Of a DNA stretch of 47,963 nucleotides, positions 21,181 to 31,261 are shown in pieces. Numbering within the stretch: position 1 is the stretch's first letter; every line of letters begins with the position of its first letter. The position numbers and the translations under genes were made by a program. Source of the DNA: a bacterium (GTDB lineage Bacteria; SZUA-182; DTGQ01; JAFGSM01); the NCBI GenBank assembly GCA_049472335.1, contig JBLIRO010000039.1, positions 1 to 47,963 on the forward strand. The letters are read 5' to 3'. The notes beneath the pieces were generated by a model that worked only from the letters and a program-made list of their open reading frames with translations, was not told the origin of the DNA and searched no databases.

Positions 21181-21623
21181 AAATCAACCTTGATTTTAAA
21201 TGTGCGGATTACCGGGAGATTAAGAATATCAATTACACCTTCCCATCCTTTAACCTTCTGAATCGTTTGATCAATAATCCTTAAATCCTTTGCCGTTAAA
21301 GTAAACCATAAGTTGAATTCGTCATCTCTCTGATAGTGATGTGTTATTCCGGATAGTTCATTGATTTTTTTTGCGGTCTTTTCAAGAAAGCTTGGTTCCA
21401 CCTTTACTCCTACCAGAGAGCTGAAGAAACCCAGTTTGGATGAGTCAAAAATAGCCCCTATACGTCTAATAAGCCCGTTTGATCTTAATCTATTAATCCT
21501 TTCCCATATCTCTTCTTCGGACATTCCAAGCTGTTTTGCCAATACATCATATGGACGGGATTGTACTGGAAACCGGGACTGGATAAGGTTGAGGATCTTT
21601 TTATCTTTTTCGTCTATTTTCAT
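21171..21623 (-). CDS. AhbA/NirD-like siroheme decarboxylase subunit (Lrp/AsnC fold)
   Basis: IQSRFPVQSRPYDVLA, IRRIGAIFDSSKLGF, HHYQRDDEFNLWFT; start taken as ATG 21623 (MKIDEKD) because the longer track start lies inside an inverted repeat. Confidence 0.85.
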   Translation of the reverse strand: MKIDEKDKKILNLIQSRFPVQSRPYDVLAKQLGMSEEEIWERINRLRSNGLIRRIGAIFDSSKLGFFSSLVGVKVEPSFLEKTAKKINELSGITHHYQRDDEFNLWFTLTAKDLRIIDQTIQKVKGWEGVIDILNLPVIRTFKIKVDFQV

Positions 21624-21626
21624 TTT

Positions 21627-21759
21627 TTTATTAGGGACAGACACCTATTTTTTGTTTTACCCTATTTTTTTGTTTATCTATGTTTTTATATTCATATTGA
21701 TTAAATTCTAATGCAAATAAAATAATAAATCAAAAAAATAGGTGTCTGTCCCTAATAAA
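21627..21759. repeat. 27-bp perfect inverted repeat around a 79-bp AT-rich spacer (MITE/REP-doublet-like)
   Basis: TTTATTAGGGACAGACACCTATTTTTT at 21627-21653; reverse complement at 21733-21759. Confidence 0.85.
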
Positions 21760-21847
21760 TTAGTATGATTCTATTATATTTACCGATGTTATCAATAGAG
21801 ATTATTATAGTCTTCAGATATTTATAGATAAATTTATTAAGAATCAT

Positions 21848-22954
21848 ATGAACTTGAAAAAGAAAAGCATCCTTTTTTTCATCATATCAATTCTCATAAT
21901 CATCATTTTTATGGCCTGTGGAATGTGGGCGTTTCAGCAAACACATGAGGCAGCAAACGAGGCTGTTGTCATTTTAAGAAACAACAATCTGATTAAAGAA
22001 TTGAGGGTATTTGAGCATGCTGATAACATTTACCGGATAACAATTGGTTTGTTTTTGATTTATGGGATAGTTACAATAATTATGATAATTATTTTCGGTT
22101 ATAGTATCATAAAGAAAATCCCGTATTCTTTAAATACACCGCTTGAAACAACCCAAGAACCGGAAAAAGTTTTTGAGGAAAAACTGCCGAATGAAAAGGA
22201 AATTTTAAAGGAAAATAGGTTCAAAGGAAGTGAATTTTTTGCCAATATGAGTCACGAAATAAGAACCCCTATGAACGGAATTTTAAGTATGACTGAGTTG
22301 ATGATGGATACCGCGCTCTCCCATGAACAAAGAGAATATCTGAAAATAATAAAAACCTCGGCGGGGTTTCTATCGGCTATTATCAATGAAATGCTGGATT
22401 TTTCCAAATTGGAGTCAGGGCATTTGGATTTGGAAGAAATGGAAATGGACCTGCGTGCTTCTCTAGAGCAAACCCTCGATACTTTGCGTTTTAAGGCTCG
22501 TGAAAAAGGACTGCAGCTCGCCTTTAATATAGACTCGAGCGTACCTGTTGATCTTATTGGAGATTGTATCAAATTACATCAGGTCCTCATCAATCTTGTA
22601 GGAAATGCATTAAAATTTACAGAAGCCGGTAAAATAGTTATTTCCTGTTATCTTCAGGAAAAAAAGCAAGACACAGTGCTATTGCATTTTACTGTATCGG
22701 ATACCGGGATAGGTATTCCCGAAGACAAACTGGATAACATTTTTGAAAGTTTTTATCAGCTTAAAAGTTGTCCGGCAGGGGAATATAAGGGCATTGGACT
22801 TGGACTTTCAATTACAAAAGAGTTGGTAAAAATAATGGGGGGTGACATATGGGTTGAAAGCCAATTATGTAAAGGCAGCACCTTTCATTTTACAGCTAAA
22901 TTTCGACTTCAGGCGGTTGAGGAAATCTGCAGATCTGTCGCAATAGATCAATAG
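21848..22954 (+). CDS. Membrane sensor histidine kinase without receiver domain
   Basis: 2 TM, FFANMSHEIRTPMNGI, NLVGNALKFT, DTGIGI, GIGLGLSI. Confidence 0.88.
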   Translation: MNLKKKSILFFIISILIIIIFMACGMWAFQQTHEAANEAVVILRNNNLIKELRVFEHADNIYRITIGLFLIYGIVTIIMIIIFGYSIIKKIPYSLNTPLETTQEPEKVFEEKLPNEKEILKENRFKGSEFFANMSHEIRTPMNGILSMTELMMDTALSHEQREYLKIIKTSAGFLSAIINEMLDFSKLESGHLDLEEMEMDLRASLEQTLDTLRFKAREKGLQLAFNIDSSVPVDLIGDCIKLHQVLINLVGNALKFTEAGKIVISCYLQEKKQDTVLLHFTVSDTGIGIPEDKLDNIFESFYQLKSCPAGEYKGIGLGLSITKELVKIMGGDIWVESQLCKGSTFHFTAKFRLQAVEEICRSVAIDQ

Positions 22955-23158
22955 AATTTTCTCCTTCCACATTTTCAGGAAATATGTGGTGTTATAGCTT
23001 TCCCCTGTTTATTCTATTTCGAAATTAAACATAATATTGATGTTATAAAAAATTTATTTTATGATGTAATTACTTTCATTAATGAGACAGAATGATATTC
23101 CTTTTATGTTTAATATATAGTTGATTAAGACAAAATTATATTAAAATTAAGTAAGGTT

Positions 23159-25468
23159 ATGAGAGTTAGTATTGGAAAAAAATTGACTTATGCTACTATG
23201 GTCCTTTTAGTTCTTGTTCTTGCAATGACCGTTGTATCAATTTGGAGCATACACCGGGTAGGAAAGGGAGGTGAGACAATATTAAAAGCATCCACTTATA
23301 TTTGTCAAATTCAGAATCTGCGCCTATCCTTTGAAAAAGTACTTATGCCTCCTCATGATTATCTGATATACGGTGATCCTAATGAAATCCACAACTTGGA
23401 AACCAATCTTACAAATCTAAAACAGGCTTTAGATCAAGTGAATGAAATGTTCGAAGAATACAAAGGTGAACATATTGATGTAGTAACAAGGCCGCTTGAG
23501 ATTACAAGAGATGGAATAGTAAAGATCGAGAATCTTGCAAAGGATATCATTTCAATTCCTGATCCATTAAGGATTGAAGCCGGAAGATTGATGAAAAAAA
23601 TGGACGCCAGGACTGATCGGGTTAGCAGAGATCTTGAAAGACTAATCGATACCATAGCTAAGGATAAAAGTTCAAAGATATTCAAACCTGTTTATGAAAT
23701 GATAATTTCTTTTCAAAATATACTTATGCCTCCGCATGATTATCTTATACTAGGGAATGGGGTTGAGCGTGACAATTATAAAAGGCTTATTGAAAAACTT
23801 TCCGATGAAATGGATCAACTATTAAAACTCTCTAAACAGGGAGAAGAAAGAGAGACCATCAAAGCAGTTTTTGATGATTTTAAAGGTGTAACGGATTTAG
23901 CAGACCGAATTTTAGCAATTGATGATCCCTTGAAGTTTGATGCCGGGAAAAAGATGAAACAAATGGATTTTATTTCGGACAACATAATCATCGAGTTAGA
24001 CACCCTTTTGGAATATTTCAGGAATGAGGGTGAGAGCACCAAGGAATTGGCCGACCGGATCAAATCCGCTTCCGTGCATTTCGCTATCCTGGTTAGCCTT
24101 ATCCTTGTTATTGGCGGATTAATTGCCGGACTGGCTTTTTCATCGAGCATCACTGAACCTGTCCGGCAGCTTCTTCAGGCAACCCAGAGGATATCAGCGG
24201 GTGACCTGAGCCATAAGGCGAGGGTTTCTTCGACAGATGAGATAGGAGAATTGGCTAAATCCTTTAACAAAATGACGGATGATCTTAGAACCTATCAAAA
24301 TCAATTGATTCATGCAAAGGAATACATCGATAATGTTATCAAGAGCATGATCGATACGCTTATCGTGGTTAATCCCGACGGGACTATTAGAACGGTTAAT
24401 CAGGCCATATTAAAGCTGCTGAATTATGAGAATGAAAACGATCTTATAGGACAAAATGTGGATAAACTCTTTGCCAAAGGCACATTGCTGTTCAAAGGTG
24501 ACGAGATAAATAAACTGATTACGGAGGGATTCATAAGAAACTATAATGCTGTTTATAAGACCAAAGATGGTGTTGAAATCCCCATTAATCTTTCCGCTTC
24601 TGTAATGCGTGACAAAGAAGGTATCCTTCTGGGGACCGTTTGTGTGGCAAGGGACATGCGGGAGATACAAAAGCTGATTAGTGACCTGAAAAGCGCCTAC
24701 AAGGATCTTCAGTCAACTCAGGCAAAACTTATTCAATCATCAAGGCTGGCTTCCATGGGTGTGCTGGCGGCAGGTGTAGCTCATGAAATCAATAATCCAA
24801 TGAATACCATTATTAATTATGCCGGTCTTCTGGAGGATGAACTGGCGCCAAGCTCTGAACAGGCAAGTTATGTACAGGCCATACTCAATGAAGGGCAGAG
24901 GATCATAAATATCGTACAAAACTTATTGGCTTTTGCAAGGACTGATAAAAAGGATCACAGCCCATGCAATATAACAGACATAATAAAAGCCTCCATTACT
25001 TTTATGGAGGCCTTTCTCGCTAAAGACGGGATCAAGATACAGACATTTTATGATACGGACTTGCCTGCAATAAAAGCCAAATCCAGTCAGTTGGAGCAGG
25101 TGTTTATTAATCTGATCCTCAATGCCAGAGACGCGCTCAACGAAAAATATCCAAATCCGGACCCAAACAAACGAATCCGGATCGAGGTTAAAAAGGGAGA
25201 AGGGAGTCATAAAGATGATATAAGAATACTCTTTAGTGATTATGGTATAGGAATCGATAAGGAGGACACGGACAAGATATTCGATCCCTTCTTTACTACA
25301 AAAAGGGCTGATAAAGGGACAGGGCTTGGATTAAGTATAAGTTATGGTATCATTGCGGATCATAAGGGACATGTGGAAGTTAAAAGCAAAAAGGGGGAAC
25401 ACACGACATTTATAATTGATTTTCCCACTAAAGACGGTTTGTCTAAAATGGAGGATAAAGATGCCTAG
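23159..25468 (+). CDS. Sensor histidine kinase: duplicated extracytoplasmic helical domain, HAMP, PAS, HisKA, HATPase
   Basis: DEIGELAKSFNKM (HAMP), PAS, AGVAHEINNPM, FDPFFTTK, GTGLGLSIS. Confidence 0.92.
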   Translation: MRVSIGKKLTYATMVLLVLVLAMTVVSIWSIHRVGKGGETILKASTYICQIQNLRLSFEKVLMPPHDYLIYGDPNEIHNLETNLTNLKQALDQVNEMFEEYKGEHIDVVTRPLEITRDGIVKIENLAKDIISIPDPLRIEAGRLMKKMDARTDRVSRDLERLIDTIAKDKSSKIFKPVYEMIISFQNILMPPHDYLILGNGVERDNYKRLIEKLSDEMDQLLKLSKQGEERETIKAVFDDFKGVTDLADRILAIDDPLKFDAGKKMKQMDFISDNIIIELDTLLEYFRNEGESTKELADRIKSASVHFAILVSLILVIGGLIAGLAFSSSITEPVRQLLQATQRISAGDLSHKARVSSTDEIGELAKSFNKMTDDLRTYQNQLIHAKEYIDNVIKSMIDTLIVVNPDGTIRTVNQAILKLLNYENENDLIGQNVDKLFAKGTLLFKGDEINKLITEGFIRNYNAVYKTKDGVEIPINLSASVMRDKEGILLGTVCVARDMREIQKLISDLKSAYKDLQSTQAKLIQSSRLASMGVLAAGVAHEINNPMNTIINYAGLLEDELAPSSEQASYVQAILNEGQRIINIVQNLLAFARTDKKDHSPCNITDIIKASITFMEAFLAKDGIKIQTFYDTDLPAIKAKSSQLEQVFINLILNARDALNEKYPNPDPNKRIRIEVKKGEGSHKDDIRILFSDYGIGIDKEDTDKIFDPFFTTKRADKGTGLGLSISYGIIADHKGHVEVKSKKGEHTTFIIDFPTKDGLSKMEDKDA

Positions 25469-26654
25469 TATCCTAATCATAGATGATGAGGAAGGTGTCC
25501 GCATAACATTAAAAAAGATAATGGAGAGAGAAGGATACCAAGTTGATACTGCTGCTGATTTTATAGACGCAATTCAGCTCCTGGATAAAAACTCCTATCA
25601 CACGGTTATAACGGACATACTATTGCCGGGAATGAGCGGATTGGATTTGCTGCGTGCAATTAAAGAAAGGGATCAGGAGTTGCCTGTGATCGTTATCACA
25701 GGTGAGCCCAATCTGGAGACCGCCAAAGAGTCCATCCGTTACGGGGCTTATGATTATATTGAAAAGCCGGTTACAAAGGAAAACCTTCCCCCCATAGTCA
25801 ACAGATCTGTTGATAAAAAGATCCTGATTGAGGAGAAAAAAAGGCTGGAAAAGGAGAACCTGGAATATCAGCGTGATCTGGAAAAGAAGGTGAGGGAGAG
25901 GACAAAAAAGATCGAGACCTTGAACCTTCTTCTCAAGGAGTTTCAATCGAAACTGATTCATTCCGAGCGCCTGGCTACCTTAGGGACCTTTGTTTCCTTT
26001 GTTAGCCATGAGCTGCGTAATCCCCTGAGTGTCATTCAAAACTCCATCTATTATCTTAGAACCCATATTAAAACAGATAATCCCAAGATCGAAAAATATT
26101 TTGGGATCATGGATGACGAAGTAGCCATCGCCCATAAGATTATTGACGATTTTTTAAATTTTACAAAAGGCCGGTCACTTGAGCTTAGTTTAGTGGATAT
26201 CAATGACCTGATAGAAAAGGTTATCGACTTGATAAGCATACCGGATAATATCAGGGTAATTCTGAATTTGCATAAAGATTTCCCGAAAATTAAGGTGGAC
26301 GGAGATTATATCCAGCAGGTGCTGATTAATATGATCAACAATGCTGTTCAGGCTATGCCTAATGGCGGGGAGCTGAGACTAAATTCCAAAAAAGAAGAAG
26401 AATTTGTAATAGTCGAAATCTCCGATACGGGAGTTGGAATTGCTGAGAAGGACCTTGAGCGATTGTTCGAGCCCTTTTTTAGTAAAAAGAAAAAAGGCAC
26501 AGGGCTGGGGCTGGTAATATGTAAGTTTCTGATAGAACGTCATAAGGGGAAAATAACGGTTGAAAGCAATATAGATAAGGGGACTAAATTCTCCATTCAT
26601 CTTCCTATAGACATTGATCAATTAAGGAAAAAGAGCCGATTTTTCATCCCATAG
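25461..26654 (+). CDS. Hybrid receiver-histidine kinase
   Basis: ILIIDDE...TDILLPGMSG...YIEKP receiver; SHELRNPL; GTGLGL; GGAGGA RBS before ATG 25461, overlapping the upstream stop. Confidence 0.92.
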   Translation: MPSILIIDDEEGVRITLKKIMEREGYQVDTAADFIDAIQLLDKNSYHTVITDILLPGMSGLDLLRAIKERDQELPVIVITGEPNLETAKESIRYGAYDYIEKPVTKENLPPIVNRSVDKKILIEEKKRLEKENLEYQRDLEKKVRERTKKIETLNLLLKEFQSKLIHSERLATLGTFVSFVSHELRNPLSVIQNSIYYLRTHIKTDNPKIEKYFGIMDDEVAIAHKIIDDFLNFTKGRSLELSLVDINDLIEKVIDLISIPDNIRVILNLHKDFPKIKVDGDYIQQVLINMINNAVQAMPNGGELRLNSKKEEEFVIVEISDTGVGIAEKDLERLFEPFFSKKKKGTGLGLVICKFLIERHKGKITVESNIDKGTKFSIHLPIDIDQLRKKSRFFIP

Positions 26655-26717
26655 TCTGATAATTTATTACAAAGTCATTTTTTAGTAATATTTTTTGCAC
26701 ATTCCTTTTTATAACAA

Positions 26718-28640
26718 ATGAACCGGTTTTCTGACATTCTTGGTCCGGATGGACTTATTACCAGGGTTTTATCCAATTATGAATACAGGCCCTCGCAATT
26801 GGAGATGGCAGGAGTTGTAGCTGCTGCCATGGAGGAGCAAAAGTCTGCCCTTATCGAGGCAGGTACTGGTATCGGAAAGACTCTTGCTTATCTTGTTCCT
26901 TTGGTTTCTCTCGGCTTAAGGTGTGTCATATCTACAGGAACAAAAAATCTTCAGGGACAAATATTCAGGAAGGATATACCCTTATTGGAAAAATGCTTTG
27001 GAAAGAGGATTAAGGCTTATATTTTGAAGGGGAGGGCAAATTACCTTTGTTTGCGAAGATGGAGGCAATTTTCATCAAGCCCGGGTTTAAATTTTTCAGG
27101 AGTGGCTGAAGGAATCCTGACTATCAGGGAATGGCAAACGCAGACAAAAACCGGTGACTGTAATGAGCTGGAATGGCTTTCAGAAAATGATCCATTATGG
27201 TCTGAAATATGTTCAACCTCTGATACATGTTCCGGACTCAAATGTAAGGATTATGAAAGATGTTTTGTGACAACAGCCAGGCAGGAAGCTGCTGGCGCCG
27301 ATTTAGTCATAGTCAATCATCATCTCTTGATGGCGGATTGCTGTCTGAGGATCAGATCAAAAACCTCTGCTATCCCTTCGTATTCCAGACTTGTCCTTGA
27401 TGAAGCCCATATGCTGGAAAATATAGCCACAGAGTATTTTGGATTGGGGGTTAGTAATTACCGGATACAGGAACTGACAAGAAATATACGAAAGGAGGCA
27501 TCAGAAGCAAATTTGGAGGATGCAGAACTATCGAAGGTATTGGAAAGACTCCTGGAAAGATCATCGGCTTTTTTCGGCTCCATACTGATCAGGGAAGAAC
27601 GCTTCTCCGTAAGTGATAAGATCATTTCAAGTGATACAAAAAAAAGACTTATGGATCTTATCAGTATCCTCATTCAATTATCTTCCATACTTGAGAAGGT
27701 AGGGACCGGTTGCGATCCGATTTTATTGTGTTACAGAAAGACCCAGGAAATTCAGAATACACTGGATTTTATTTGTGATCATAATGACCCTGATTTTGTC
27801 TTCTGGGGAGAGAGACGAAAAAACTCGGTCTCATTGAGGATTTCGCCTATCGATGTTTCAGATCAGCTCGTTACCCATCTATTTAAGCCATTAAAGGGAC
27901 TTGTCCTTACATCCGCAACCCTGTCGACTGATCAGGGTTTTGATTACATAAAAACCAGGCTCGGTTTGTCAGCCGATTATGAATTAATATTGGAATCACA
28001 TTTTGATTATGGTAAACAGGCGGTTATTTTTAATCCTAGAGAAATGCCAATTCCTTACCAGAATGAATTTTTGGAACAACTTGGGCCTCAAATAAGTCGT
28101 ATACTAAAATTAACAAAAGGCAGGGCTCTTCTGCTTTTCACAAGCTACAGAAATCTGGAAAAGGTTTATAATTATCTGAAAGGGGAGGGCCTGGAATACA
28201 AACTCCTGAAACAGGGAGAAGGGCCCAAAGAACATCTCCTGGATGAGTTCTGGAATGATATAAATTCGGTGCTTCTTGCCACAAGCAGTTTTTGGCAAGG
28301 CGTTGATATCCCCGGCGAGGCTTTGAGCTGTGTGGTCATAGACCGGCTGCCCTTTTCCGTTCCAACAGACCCTGTCACTGAGGCAAGGATTAATTGGATA
28401 AGGAACAGGGGTGGAAATCCTTTTCAGGAATATCAACTTCCAGCCGCCATAATCACACTTAAACAGGGACTCGGTCGTCTGATTAGACATCGTCAGGACC
28501 GCGGACTCCTGGTAATCCTTGACTCCAGGACTTATACAAAATCCTACGGAAAGACGGTTCTCAAAAACCTTCCAAAATGCCCGGTTGTAAGGACATTAGA
28601 CGAAACCGCAAAGCTTATTAAACAGTTGAAAATAATCTAG
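26718..28640 (+). CDS. DinG/YoaA-family Fe-S DNA helicase
   Basis: YEYRPSQ, EAGTGIGKT, KGRANYLC, VLDEAH, FWQGVDIPG, KQGLGRLIR. Confidence 0.93.
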   Translation: MNRFSDILGPDGLITRVLSNYEYRPSQLEMAGVVAAAMEEQKSALIEAGTGIGKTLAYLVPLVSLGLRCVISTGTKNLQGQIFRKDIPLLEKCFGKRIKAYILKGRANYLCLRRWRQFSSSPGLNFSGVAEGILTIREWQTQTKTGDCNELEWLSENDPLWSEICSTSDTCSGLKCKDYERCFVTTARQEAAGADLVIVNHHLLMADCCLRIRSKTSAIPSYSRLVLDEAHMLENIATEYFGLGVSNYRIQELTRNIRKEASEANLEDAELSKVLERLLERSSAFFGSILIREERFSVSDKIISSDTKKRLMDLISILIQLSSILEKVGTGCDPILLCYRKTQEIQNTLDFICDHNDPDFVFWGERRKNSVSLRISPIDVSDQLVTHLFKPLKGLVLTSATLSTDQGFDYIKTRLGLSADYELILESHFDYGKQAVIFNPREMPIPYQNEFLEQLGPQISRILKLTKGRALLLFTSYRNLEKVYNYLKGEGLEYKLLKQGEGPKEHLLDEFWNDINSVLLATSSFWQGVDIPGEALSCVVIDRLPFSVPTDPVTEARINWIRNRGGNPFQEYQLPAAIITLKQGLGRLIRHRQDRGLLVILDSRTYTKSYGKTVLKNLPKCPVVRTLDETAKLIKQLKII

Positions 28641-29024
28641 TTTAATACTTTAATGGTTTTATAAGGGGGCATAATCCAATGACTTTTTAAGAGTTTGTTA
28701 AAGTTGGATTCGTTGAAACTATGTTAAAATTATGATGATAAGTATAATAAATTCCGATAAAAAGTATAAGGTAATTTTTGGACTATGGCTATTGATATGT
28801 ATTGACCTCGCTGAATAGCATTAAGTGTTTGATATTGGGGAATAAATTAAAATAACAATTTGGCCTGTTCCGAGTTATGAAAAGTAAGAGTTTGGTTGTT
28901 CTGGACACCCCAAAGAGTTTGTAATAGGATTATTTTTTAAAGACACTTGACAAAAGGGGGGGTGCCCATGCTATATTTTCCCTGCTTTTTAATAGCTCAA
29001 AATATTCTTTAAGGGGGCTTATAA

Positions 29025-29924
29025 TTGAATAAAAAATTTACCATTATATTAGTGCCGGATCCTTCATCCAAGCCGAGGAAATTTTATCTATCCAAAGGCT
29101 TAATCAAGGGTATACTGATTTTTGGTATTTTAGCCCTGATTTTTTCCGGAGTAATGGTATGCCATTATTTTGGGCTGAAAAGGCAGGTTACGGATGTAGC
29201 CAAGCTAAAAGAGGACAACCGGCAACAAAAGCTTCAGTTGACCTCTTTAACAAAGAGGCTGGATTCATTGGGGAGGAGACTTAACCAGCTTCATAGCTCA
29301 AATACAAAACTACAGATCCTTGCAGGTATTAAAAAGCCGGAAAACAGCAAGCAGGTGTTCGGGATGGGTGGCGGAATATCAGACGGGATGTATGAGTTTT
29401 CAAGGGTTAATCTTTCCCGTTTAGTTGAACAAATGGAAGAAGAGCTTGAAAACCTTGAGTTCGAGGTGGCTTCTCAGGAAGATTCGCTCCAGGAATTAAC
29501 AACTCTCATTGAAGACAGAAAATCAGTCCTTGATTCGACTCCTGCCATATGGCCGACAAGAGGCTGGATCACCTCCGGATTTGGCTATAGAAAATCACCC
29601 TTTACAGGTAAAAGAAGAATGCATCACGGTGTCGATATCGCTTCAAGAAGAGGAACATCCATTATCTCAACAGCCCGCGGTATAGTAACCTTTTCCGGGG
29701 TAAAAGGAAATTATGGAAAGGTTGTAGTCATCAATCATGGTTATGGATTTTCTACAATATATGGACATAATTCGGTAAACCTCGTGAAAGTGGGGGACAG
29801 AGTCGAAAGAGGCGATCTAATAGCATATCTTGGCAACACAGGACGAAGTACCGCCCCTCATCTGCACTATGAAGTCAGGCAAAACAGAACCCCCGTAAAT
29901 CCAACTTATTATATGTTAGATTGA
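29025..29924 (+). CDS. M23 family metallopeptidase with N-terminal TM and coiled coil
   Basis: HHGVDIA (HxxxD), YGHNS, GRSTAPHLHYEV; 3' end contains the att core. Confidence 0.93.
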   Translation: MNKKFTIILVPDPSSKPRKFYLSKGLIKGILIFGILALIFSGVMVCHYFGLKRQVTDVAKLKEDNRQQKLQLTSLTKRLDSLGRRLNQLHSSNTKLQILAGIKKPENSKQVFGMGGGISDGMYEFSRVNLSRLVEQMEEELENLEFEVASQEDSLQELTTLIEDRKSVLDSTPAIWPTRGWITSGFGYRKSPFTGKRRMHHGVDIASRRGTSIISTARGIVTFSGVKGNYGKVVVINHGYGFSTIYGHNSVNLVKVGDRVERGDLIAYLGNTGRSTAPHLHYEVRQNRTPVNPTYYMLD

Positions 29925-29976
29925 TATAACTAATTTATATTGTTTTTTCAGCAACTTACAGATCACAATTTTTCAT

Positions 29977-30010
29977 CAGGTCTATTCTGGGGCTAGTCCT
30001 TGGATCTAGT
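29977..30010 (+). repeat. Putative integrase arm-type sites, left (3 imperfect copies)
   Basis: CAGGTCTATT, CTGGGGCTAGT, TTGGATCTAGT; CTGGGGCTAGT recurs at 32580. Confidence 0.6.
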
Positions 30011-30048
30011 CTTCTTTTTTCTCATATCCAAAATCTTCTCATTTTGTT

Positions 30049-30300
30049 TTAAACAATCTTTAAGCCTTGCGTATCAAGATGGGCGTATCTTTTAGTTGTC
30101 GATTGATGTGTATGCCCCAGAAATGATTGTATGAGATTTAAAGGTACTCCTCGATTAACGGCCTGGCTTGCGAATGAATGACGAGTGCCGGCATAAAGCT
30201 TAATATTTTCAAAACTAGCTTCTTTTACGGCTCTATTCCATATCTTTGTCAATATAGATGAATCCTTATACGTCCTTTTGCTATTCCATATATTATACAT
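30049..30300 (-). pseudogene. Tyrosine recombinase/integrase, C-terminal fragment only
   Basis: KLYAGTRHSFASQAVNRGVPLNLIQSFLGHTHQSTTKRYAH (RH, LGH, catalytic Tyr); no recognisable N-terminal part; upstream boundary approximate. Confidence 0.85.
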
Positions 30301-30342
30301 AATAATATTGGGGGCCAAAGACCCGATAGAAAAAATAAGGGA

Positions 30343-30969
30343 CTTATCTTTCAGTTTATTGAAGCCTTCCTGAGTCAGGAAAGATTTAAGATTATCGAAG
30401 TTGAGAAGCTTGAGGAGGTTGTGAAAGAGAAAAAATTGCATGAATCTATTGGCATTCCATTTTTAGGACTTGATAAAAAAATACTAAAGGGATAGATGCT
30501 GTTCTAATCAGCTATTTTGAATCTGCAAATAATTCTTTCAACCTCGTAGCCAGTTTAGTGGAGTTAGAGACTGGTGAAGTATTGGTCACCAAAGACGTGT
30601 TTGAAGAGGTAGATTTTTTCACCCCTCTTGAGGTTGAGTGGAACGAAGATTTGAGGGAACATGCATTTAACAATTGTTGTGTATTGTCAGCAAAGTTTAA
30701 ACATTATTATCCCCTTTGAGAGGGTAAAATAACCGATCTGAGCAAAAATAAAATCAGAACCAATATCCGGAAAAAAGACGGCCTCAAGGAAGGCATGAAG
30801 CTCCTTATTTTTGATGATCAGAAGCCGCATGAGGATTTTCCCTTCATAGGGGAGGCAAGGGTGGATGATGTTCAAAAAGGCTTACTCATATGCGGATATT
30901 CTGAAAGATTTTGGAGTAGAAAATTGTGAAAATGATATTTTAATAAATTATGCTGTGATCACGAGATAG
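30343..30969 (+). pseudogene. CsgG/HfaB-like plus FlgT-C-like protein remnant
   Basis: Hand translation across frames: ERFKIIEVEKLEEVVKEKKL / IDAVLIS...LVELETGEVL...YPL*EGKIT...GLKEGMKL...IGEARVDDVQK / YSYADIL; frameshifts near 30490 and 30878, TGA at 30717. Confidence 0.55.
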
Positions 30970-31261
30970 AGTAAACAAAAAACTCTTTCTTTCAATTATG
31001 AAGAAGCCTTTAGTATTAATTTTGCATAGTTAAAATGGGGATCATTATACATAATCGGCTATCTTTGTTTGGCTGACCTTTCAACTTAATATATTCCAGA
31101 AGCCTTTCCAAGAACTACTAAATTTGCATTTTATGAGATAAAAGTATAATTTAAAATCATGTTCACTGGCAGTACAATATTCATTGCGAGAGTGTTATCC
31201 CAAGATATTCTTAAGTCTATTTAAGATAAAACATATAATTTGGAGCATACGAGGGGGATAT

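Noticed and set aside
28641..29024. 384-bp intergenic region as a possible ncRNA or riboswitch
   Set aside because: Only weak hairpins, an IHF-like match and a loosely spaced promoter; no RNA family I can recognise
29894..29921. dif-like site (ATATGTTAGAT resembles the XerD arm TTATGTTAAAT)
   Set aside because: No XerC-like arm at the right spacing in either copy; arm-type repeats and the integrase remnant explain the repeat better
30301..30441. N-terminal part of the 130-aa integrase ORF in the track
   Set aside because: It is the antisense read of the CsgG-like pseudogene and shows no integrase-like sequence
30717..30719. TGA as selenocysteine or recoded stop
   Set aside because: The same reading also has two frameshifts, and intact genes in the window end with TGA, so decay is the simpler explanation
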